In this document: positions 55,034 through 64,000 of the stretch, one piece after another
Position numbering within the stretch: position 1 is the stretch's first letter
Layout: every line of letters begins with the position of its first letter
Assembly (NCBI GenBank): GCA_951406725.2
Contig: OX597822.1
Coordinates: 28,272,001 to 28,336,000 of the forward strand
Direction: 5' to 3'
DNA: 64,000 bases
Origin: Octopus vulgaris
Taxonomy: Eukaryota
Made by a program: the position numbers and the translations under genes
Notes under the pieces: model-generated
Told to the model about the DNA's origin: nothing
Seen by the model: the letters and a program-made list of their open reading frames with translations, nothing else
Database searches by the model: none

Positions 55034-55572
55034 TCAGGATATAAAACATGCATACATACATACATACATACATACATACATACATACATACATACATACA
55101 TACATACATACATACATACATACATGCATGCATACATACATACATACATACTTGCATACATACATACATACATACATACATACATACATACATACATACA
55201 TACATACATACATACATACATACATACATACATGCATGCATTCTCAATTTATTCGAGAATAATCATGTATATGATTTACATTTTGAAATTGCTGTTGGAT
55301 TGGATGAACGTAGTTTATGTGTATGATTATTAATTAGTATATTTTTTCTAATTACGATCTCTATCAGACTACTACTTAACATAGTTTTTTTGTTTCTTTT
55401 TTCACAGATGCAGCAGTTATGAAATAACTTGTTCAAAGGAAAAATTGTAATACTAATAAGAATGAATTTATTACTGCACATACAGACACAATCTTGATAC
55501 CAATAGGCACCAGAAGGATGCTGATGCGAGTGTAACTATCAGAAGTTTATCCTGGATACATCAGAATTTAAA

Positions 55573-57537
55573 ATGATATTCAAGATGGTACTTTACTTCA
55601 AGAATATCTTACAGATTCTTTTGATAGCACTTGGAAACGAAGTTATTCAACGATCATGTTGTTCGGTGGAAAACTCTGAATGTTATCCATCACTGTGTGA
55701 TGCTGAAAGTTTGCGACGAAGATGTTCTTGTCATCAGTATTGTAATTTATATAAAGAATGTTGTTCAGACGTGATCAGGGATACATTAATTGAACATGGA
55801 ACCTCGTCAATAGATTACAGATGCAAGAAAATTAATGATGATGAATTAGACAGCTATTTTCTATTTGACCGCTGTCCTAGCAACCATTCAATTACAAAAC
55901 ACGTCACTTACTGTGAAACACCAGATGGGAATGACCGATTATACAACATACCCGCTTTGGGAAAACGAACTAAAAGACTTTACAGGAATTTGTTCTGTGC
56001 TCTGTGTAACGGAGAGGAATACATATTATGGACAGTTCACTACAAATGTGATCATCAGATGGATATAGATTTATCACTCTTCCCTCACATGCTGAGAAAT
56101 AATCATTGTAATGTATCGATCGAAGCACCGTTGAACTTTAGCGAATACCAATATCCATGTACTGATTATGTTTCAAGCTGTCCCCTAAAAGTTACCAATG
56201 CATCTTTAGTTTCTTCTTGTACGTTTGGACCAATGGCTATTGTAAGATCAAATGGGACTAATTTTAGGAACATTCACTGCGCCATCTGTAATGGTGTTGA
56301 TATTAATGATATTGACTGTAATGTAACTATCTTTATAGAAAAGTCATATAATATAAAAGTGTATAGTCGAACAGTAATATTTAATTACTATAATAACACT
56401 GTTGAAATATTAAATGCAAATAATGAAAGAGATTATTTGAAAGAAGTGCCTTCTTGTTCACATGGATTTGCTTATGATGAACTAAATAATGAATGCCGGG
56501 TAGTTGACTTTAGCTCCATGTTAAATTGTACAACAAAACGACTGAAAGAATACGAGTATAATTTCACTAGTGATGGATCTCTCTATCTGAAATCTTCCCA
56601 AACTTTGTTAAACCAGTCAGAATTCAATCGAGATCCTCAAGGAATAAATATTTGTGAAAAAGATAGTAATGACATGATCCCAGGATATATTTATGTTGTG
56701 AGCGAGATAGTATTAGTGGGCCTAGTGACCTCTATTCTTGCTCTAGCGATCACAATTATAGTTTACCTCTGTATACGGGAACTCCGTACAATACCAGGTA
56801 AACTGTTCATTAGTTATTTATCATCATTGTGCATCGCAGAATTTGTGTATCTTATCTCACGGCAAATTACTTCAAATTCTATGTGTATAGCATTCGCTGT
56901 TCTAAAGCATTATTTCTCCCTGGCAGCTTTCTTCTGGATGAATGTCATGTCATTTGATTCCTGGTACACTTTCTCGGGACTTACACCGCTTCGAGGTACA
57001 GACAAAAATGCAACGAAACTAATCTATTATTCTATATATGCCTGGATATGTCCCCTTGTAATTGTAACAGTGTCACTCGTATTTCAATATGTACCTGGGG
57101 ACAATGGACTTTCTCCAGAATATGGGAAGAAACGGTTTTGCTGGATTACAAATATAAAATTTCGATTGTGGTTTTTTTCAGGCCCAATAATAATAATTTT
57201 ATTACTTAATATATTGGCTTTCATATTGACTGCCAGAGGTATCTATATAGCGAGTAAAAACTCATCAAAATATCTCGCAGTAAAAAATAAAAAGAAGCTG
57301 AAGATTTATTTAAAACTAAGCCTTCTAATGGGGATACCATGGATATTTACACTTCCTCCCTTCGACGAAATCCCTGAAGTTCTTCTCACTGCTTCTATCT
57401 TTAATTCGTTTGATGGATTATTAATTAGCATAGCATTGTTATCAACTAAAAAAGTTAGACGTTATTTTCGACTGAAATGCTCTCATTACTGTTGCAAATG
57501 GAATGGTGTTGACATTTCTACAAGTTCTGATCAATAA
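55573..57537 (+). CDS. GPCR paralogue 3 (Methuselah-like/family-B 7TM with SMB-like ectodomain), 654 aa, intronless CDS
   Basis: Alignable end to end with 12241-14199: CSCHQYCNLYKECCSD, YRNLFCALCNG, FRNIHCAICNG, HYFSLAAFFWMNVMSFD, CWI. Confidence 0.93.
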   Translation: MIFKMVLYFKNILQILLIALGNEVIQRSCCSVENSECYPSLCDAESLRRRCSCHQYCNLYKECCSDVIRDTLIEHGTSSIDYRCKKINDDELDSYFLFDRCPSNHSITKHVTYCETPDGNDRLYNIPALGKRTKRLYRNLFCALCNGEEYILWTVHYKCDHQMDIDLSLFPHMLRNNHCNVSIEAPLNFSEYQYPCTDYVSSCPLKVTNASLVSSCTFGPMAIVRSNGTNFRNIHCAICNGVDINDIDCNVTIFIEKSYNIKVYSRTVIFNYYNNTVEILNANNERDYLKEVPSCSHGFAYDELNNECRVVDFSSMLNCTTKRLKEYEYNFTSDGSLYLKSSQTLLNQSEFNRDPQGINICEKDSNDMIPGYIYVVSEIVLVGLVTSILALAITIIVYLCIRELRTIPGKLFISYLSSLCIAEFVYLISRQITSNSMCIAFAVLKHYFSLAAFFWMNVMSFDSWYTFSGLTPLRGTDKNATKLIYYSIYAWICPLVIVTVSLVFQYVPGDNGLSPEYGKKRFCWITNIKFRLWFFSGPIIIILLLNILAFILTARGIYIASKNSSKYLAVKNKKKLKIYLKLSLLMGIPWIFTLPPFDEIPEVLLTASIFNSFDGLLISIALLSTKKVRRYFRLKCSHYCCKWNGVDISTSSDQ

Positions 57538-57930
57538 TTAAGAAACAATGCTCATAATTAGTGTACTCAATAAACGCAGACTGGATTATTTCAGTCATTT
57601 AAATTAATTTTCAATCATTCATTAAATTGATTCGGCAAATAAGTCACCATTGTAAATATTGTATGTATTAATTTCTTCAATGCTCAAACCCACGACACAC
57701 CGCTTTGTAAATACACGCACGCACTCAAGGCGCATAAGCACACGCACACAGATGAACGCACGGACAAATATGAACGCTCACGCACAGACCATCACACATA
57801 TATACATATATCTATTAACTACAGATAGTTTGAGTGTATCATGCTTGTTCTAACAGCGTATGTCTATAATTCAACGGCTTACAAATATCTCAAATGAGAT
57901 TGTTCTCATTTGAAAAAACGTAAAGCATTC

Positions 57931-57998
<68 letters not shown>

Positions 57999-58254
57999 GA
58001 ATAAATGCGCGAACCAGGATTTACGTATAAGCACTAATTAGAACATCGATGTCTCAGATTCCCGAGAGTGGGTCACACTGAACGAATAGGGTGTTTTCAC
58101 GCCTTTTTACCATAAGAGAGATGCTTTTTTCCACGGTAACTATAGTATATTTGCCTTTAGCAGTTGAAATATGTGACAGACATATTTCAACTAACTTAAA
58201 TTGTGATTATATATCACAAGAAGGTTTGAAAATGCAATTTTAAAAGATGTCTAT

Positions 58255-58299
58255 TTACTTTACCGGTTTCACTCTTTGGAAAAAGATTGTCAAAAGTAA
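58255..58299 (-). ncRNA. Hammerhead motif with U3-A8 covariant core
   Basis: Minus: TTACTT-TTGACAA-TCTTT-ttcc-AAAGA-gt-GAAA-CCGG-TA-AAGTAA; 2 extra nt at the base of stem II. Confidence 0.55.
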
Positions 58300-58351
58300 C
58301 ATGTAAAAGTTTGGTTGCGTTAATTATTGGTTGTTACAAAATGCTACATTA

Positions 58352-58750
58352 CATGTATACAGTCTTTGGTAACAAGGACATGTTAAGGACATAAAAAAGT
58401 TTAACAAGTTCCTTAAAATATTGGGCACGAAAGATTACAAGATAAATATACATTCTCAAGAACATGTTAAAGATAGTTTCCAGAAGGAATTATTAAAAAG
58501 TTCAGTAGGATATTGGTATTGTATCTGTATATTCAAACACGCACAGAATATTGGTTGTCACAGAGTACTACAATACATATATATACATTCTTTGGTGACA
58601 AGAGTATGTTAAGAACATAAAAAAGTTTAACAAGTTCATTGAAATATTGGGCACAAAAGATTACAACAAATATATACATTCTCAAGATAATTTCCAGAAG
58701 GAATTATTAAAAAGTTCAGTGCAGTATTGGTATACACGCACAGAATATTA
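58352..58750 (+). repeat. Diverged ~230-bp tandem duplication
   Basis: tctttggt.acaag...acataaaaaagtttaacaagttc...ttccagaaggaattattaaaaagttcagt...cacgcacagaatatt occurs twice. Confidence 0.8.
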
Positions 58751-58836
58751 TGAGTTCAAAAAGGTTTACATTATAATAGTAGGGAAGCTAAAACTGACTT
58801 GTCCACCATGTTAACGTAACATATATACTTCTACTC

Positions 58837-58894
<58 letters not shown>

Positions 58895-59375
58895 GAGAGA
58901 GAGAGACAGACAGACAGACAGGCAGAAAGACAGACAGACTGACAGCAACAGACCGACAGAGACAGATAAACAGACAGATACAGACAGACAGAGCGGGAGA
59001 GAGAAAGGGAGATCGCACAACAGGAAGTTGGAATATATTTTTTGCATTATTTATTCATCATTGCAAATTTTTCATTTCCTTTCAGGAATCACAAAATTAC
59101 ATGTTGAATAAACATGTAAGAAATTTCTCATTAGCAACTTTTCCGACAGAGAATCAAATATCATAATTATCCATCTTCTTGATTTGTTACATGATAACTG
59201 CGCAAATAGTACTTCCAGAATTTTCGGCGTGAATATGTGCCGCATACGAATGCAACAACGACAACAATAACATCCTGGCTTGTATTGCCAGAATAAGCAG
59301 ATGCGCTTCAAGAGGAAACACCTTGGATTTCCCCTACCACACACAAACACACACTCATATGTATGTAGGTATATA

Positions 59376-59437
<62 letters not shown>

Positions 59438-59511
59438 TGTTATGTATTATGTATTTATGTATATATGTATGTATGTATGTATGTATCTATGTATAAGTAT
59501 ATATGTATATG

Positions 59512-59569
<58 letters not shown>

Positions 59570-59750
59570 CATACATATACATATACATACATATATACAT
59601 ATACATAATACGACGGGTTTCTTTCAATTTCCGTGTACCAAATCCTCTGACAAGGCTTTGGTCGACCCGAGGCTATAGTAGAAGACACTTACCGATGGTC
59701 TCACGCAGTGGAACTGAACCCAGAACCATGTGGTTGATAAGCAAGCTACT

Positions 59751-62700
59751 TTATTTCATATAATTTGCCATTTAGGCATTTACAAAGAGGGGACAAACAA
59801 GGACAGACAAATATAAAGGGTGAAGTAGCTTAACACAGTTACAATTTTCGAATGAAATTACGGATAAGATTATAAACGATGAATTTTACGAAGGCAATGT
59901 TTAAAAATATTAATGATCATGTCGAAGAACGGACACCCAGCCATCCGGGTAGAACCTTTACTTTCTGATCCGGTCACACTTACCTGGTGCCAAACATACC
60001 CATCTTGTTTGCCACAGGCTTCCATCTTTTCACAAACATATCTCGTGACAGACACCTCTTCTCCAGCCTGATTTTGCTACTGAGGTGGTAACTAAAAAAG
60101 TTAATCAACCCCTGGCCGGAGACAAAGGTGCCTGTCACTATACCTTTCGTACGCGTCTTCCATACTGTTTCTTTCAGTATGGCTACTACACAGAAAAAAC
60201 AAGCCTTTCTTTCCCTGTTAAGGAAAGGGGGCGGCACAATCTCGATGATAGACTCAGCTGATAGCTGTACTCTTCCCATCACTGACAACAGTTGTTCAAC
60301 AAAAGCTATCAGTCCCGATAACTCCGGACACTCCACGAATGCGTGCAAGGCGGTCTCCCTATCCTGCTCACATCGCGGGCATGTCGGCGAGACGGCACTA
60401 CCGTGCCTTGACAGCTTGTCGCGAACAGGTAAAGCCGCACGGAAACACTGCCAGGCCAGGGATTTCTGGTAATTATTCAGATACCCCGGCCCGAACGTCC
60501 TCCGGAACAGGTTGACCAACTGATTTTCATCGTAGCCCAGGGTCTCCCACAAGGCGTCTTCGGACTTAATCTCCACTAACCCGCTATAGAAATCCGTGGT
60601 GGAACTCCTGTTGCCGGCGTTGCCCACCCGAGATAGTAGCTGGAGCGCCTGACGGCACTCCAAATGCCATTCACTCAGTTTAGGTCTCCGCTTGATCCAT
60701 GCACCGATGTCCGTTAGGGATGTTAACTGGGGAAGGTAGAACCGGACGTGCGGTGACCACACCTGCTCTCCATCCAGGTAAAGCCAGAGGTGCCTCAACC
60801 TTATGGCGAGTTTGCGCATCCTCAACCAAAGCATCCCTAGCCCACCCTTTAGCGGTTTCTGGCAGCAGACAGAGCGCTTTACAAGTGGCTTTCCTCCTTT
60901 CCACAAAAATCGGAAAAGGATTCTCTCCAACTTGTTCAGCCACAAATCGGGGCAAGGCACCACGGTCAGACGGTAGGTGATTACTGATGCTATAAACATC
61001 TGCACCACCTCCGCCTTCCCTAGCAGGGATAACGCCCGCCCAGACCAGGTCTGGGTTAGAGCGGTCACCTTGTTGGCCACCTCACTCCAATTTTTCTCAA
61101 TCTGGAGGTCTGGCCCGAACCAGACTCCGAGCAGCTTAACAGGACCTTCCGTCCAACGCCCTACGACGTTATTGGACGGCATCGGCTTGCCCCTCCAGGT
61201 GCCGAGTTGCAAACCGACCGACTTGTCCTTGTTAAATTTTGCTCCTGCCACCGCCTCGTAGCTTTTGATTGCCTCTTCCACCACTGGAAGCTGACCTTCG
61301 TCTGCCACGATGATGGAGGTGTCATCCGCATACGCTGTAGCTCCTCTTCCACACCATAGATCATGCGGCGCGCCCCCTAGTGCCTCCAACTTCCGCAGCA
61401 AAGGCTCAAGAGCCAATACGTATAGGAGCGAGGACAGGGGACACCCTTGACGAACTGAACGCTCGATCCTGAACGGCTTCGAAAAGGAACCGTTCACCTT
61501 GACTACAGACTCGATGTCGCTATACAAAGCAGCGATCCAACCTCGAAAGGTCGGGCCTAGGCCAGCCTCTCCGAGGACCGCCGCCAGGTACCGATGGTCG
61601 ACCCTATCAAATGCTTTGGACTGGTCTAAATGTACCAGTGCTCCCCCTGCGCCAGAAAGCTTCCCCACCGTCTCTAAGGAGTAGCGTATAAGGTGGAGAT
61701 TGTCGTAGATAGTTCTGCCGGGGATAGCGCACGTTTGCGCTTCCCCGACAAGTTTGTCCACGACCCGCGCCAACCTTTTTGCTAGCACCTTGGCCAGAAT
61801 CTTTAACTCTGTGTTTAACAGAGTTATGGGCCTGAAGTTCCCTATCTCGTCCCCCTTGTTCGGGTCCTTCCTGATCAACGTCACCGCCCCTCGGCTCGCA
61901 GACTTGGGAATTCTCCCATTCTGCTGCCAGTTGGCGTAGACGCTAGCCAGCAGGTGCCCGAACAAGTCTGGCATACTTCTATAAAATTCATAGGGCAGAC
62001 CATCGAGACCCGGCGACTTCTCCCCGGGGCACTTGCCCAACACCTCGATTACTTCCTCGGCTGTGATTGGCCCTTCACAGCACTCAGCCTCTCGTGTCGA
62101 GAGGCGCGGGCCACCAGACAGGAAGTCCCTAAGGGCCTCACCATGATCCAGCGTCCCGCACCTCCCGAACAACTCGGGGAAGTGCTTGTGAAGTGCCTCA
62201 CACATCTCGTCCCGCTTCTTGATCGTGCATCCGTTTTCATCAACAAGAGACCCAATTGTGGCATCGTTTCCACGCTGTGTTTCTATCGTACGGGCCCATC
62301 CGGCAACATTAATTCCCTCACGGCCCAATGCTCGTACTTTAGCCCGGACTCTACATCCCTCATGTTTGGTTTTGAGGTGACGGTCTAATGCCGTTCTCGC
62401 CGCTAAAATGCAGAGCCCAACCTCAACGCCTCCTCTAAGTTCTTAACTAGTTGCCCTTCTATTCTAGCCCTATCTAGTCTTAGTTGTTTACTAAATCTAA
62501 TGGACTCGAATCGAATGGCTCTTTTGAGGGTGAACCACCACCGGTTATTAACCACGGCTCCGGTTAACGCCCTCTGCACTAACACCTTAATCCGGCTACG
62601 GTATGCCTCGCGTGTCAAAATAGACTTGTTCAGCTTCCAGTAGCCGGTTCCTATCTTAAGTGTGCTATCTATGTCCAGTCTACACGTGACCATTCTATGG

Positions 62701-64000
62701 TCAGTATAGGGCACCTGGACGAGCTGTGGACAACTAAAACTAGACTTATCTCTAGTCCTTATCACTATCCTGTCTAGATAAGACTTGAACCTTCCGTCGC
62801 CACTCATCCAGGTCCACTCTGGGACGTTCGGATGGTCAAGTCTGTAACGATCTGCCAGCTGAAAACGCTTAAGCAGATCCACGAGACGTGAGTTCACTTT
62901 CCTATAGATCGACCCAACGCTATCGATGTGTACGTCAACGATAGCATTAAAGTCCCCTAATATCACTAAAGTCTTCGACGTCACGAGAAAGCCCTCTAGG
63001 CGCCGATAAAAATCAGTTTGGAAACATCTAGCACAAGGTGCGTAGAGTCCGATCAACCTGAAGGCCTTACTGCTGTATGTCACATCAAGGACGACCAGCC
63101 CACCTTCTGGGTCTACATAGACTGTACTTGTCTGTAGAGCCAAGTCTTTACGGATCAGTACCACTACGCCCCCTCGCCCTCCGGTCTGGCCAGGAGACAT
63201 GATTTTCTCGTAGCCATTCAGGAAAGGCGAGAAGGTTTGTAGGCTGTCCAGCTTGGTCTCTGTAGCAACCATCACATGTATATCATGTGATCTGAGGTCT
63301 TCGAGGAAACAAGCCTGCTTCCAATTCGAACTCAGACCACGCACATTTAAACAACCAAGGTTAAGCGAAGCCATTACAAAAAGTAAAAGTTCTACTTACA
63401 TTTCGTTGGAGAGGTGGGGGCCGACCTCACCACACGTTTGTGGGCCCCTTCTTTCTCCTCTTTCTTCAGATAGTCCGGCAAGTTCGCGATATGCCGGATG
63501 GCGTTTGGGTGTCTGTCTTTTAATTGTTTGAACGTTGTTTCCGCAATCCACGCGTGTCTATTTCGATCTTTGTATTTGTTGTACAGTCTTGCTGACTGAT
63601 GCTGAACCACAATATCGTTTATGTATTTGTCTTGTGTGTCGAATTCAATTAATATGAGTTCATTTTCTTTTTTGTCTTCTTTTTCTGGGCCAGTTGAGCG
63701 GGATTTTTTTTCCGTGTCTGTGGTGTGTCTTTGTTTTTATTATTTTTTGTAGGGGATGTGGACGGGGATGCTGCACGAATTCTTTTACGAACTGGTGTAA
63801 ATCCCCCCTCTGATACCTCCATGGTATCGTCTGGGGTGGCAATAGTTTGTTCGGTAGGCGCCGCAGTTTTTAGGGGGGTGGGAGGTTTTAATAGTGTAGG
63901 GGTTTGTGAGTGCGAAGGCTGGGTTTTTTCTTCAGTGTTTTGGGGTTGGCACCGTAACAGCGGGAGTGGGATTTTTTGTTTTTGTAGGGGTAGGTGTGTT
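59751..64000 (-). mobile_element. Tx1/L1-clade non-LTR retrotransposon, nearly intact, continuing beyond the window
   Basis: ORF1 tail (>63390), APE endonuclease 62403-63374, RT 59980-62328, 3'UTR 59751-59979. Confidence 0.93.
59980..63374 (-). pseudogene. Tx1-type ORF2 (endonuclease, RT, Cys/His motif) with a single frameshift near 62405-62412
   Basis: LNVRGL, ETKL, GDFN, YLDRI, TDH, GYWKLN; SPGLDGLPYEFY, FRPITLLN, LDQSKAFDRV, QGCPLS, YADD, CPRC...HAFVEC; the RT frame extends upstream as ILAARTALDRH... to the end of the endonuclease ORF. Confidence 0.88.

Overview
AT-rich, microsatellite-saturated animal DNA. The SINE, Penelope and (TA)n repeat landscape looks like an octopus or other coleoid cephalopod genome (inference). 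Most short ORFs in the track are microsatellite noise. The only host genes are three tandem paralogues with intronless CDSs of a secretin/adhesion-class (Methuselah-like) GPCR with a somatomedin-B-like Cys-rich ectodomain: 12241-14199, 27182-29139 (frameshifted in a T homopolymer) and 55573-57537. The first two lie in a very young ~15-16 kb head-to-tail duplication whose breakpoint is exactly the 5' TC end of a non-autonomous Helitron joined at an A^T site. The rest is mobile DNA: a Helitron Rep/helicase remnant, Penelope-like RT and GIY-YIG fragments, CR1/L2-, RTE- and Tx1/L1-type LINEs, tRNA-derived SINEs, a hAT relic and a probable LTR. The most striking unannotated signal is about 11 type-I hammerhead ribozyme motifs read by eye. 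They sit in small, ORF-less direct-repeat or palindromic elements next to (TA)n tracts. They include a 460-bp tandem pair of perfect hammerheads (retrozyme-like, predicting a 460-nt self-released RNA), a ~760-bp palindrome with a hammerhead on each strand, and U3-A8 covariant cores. All coordinates were counted by hand and may be off by a few bases.
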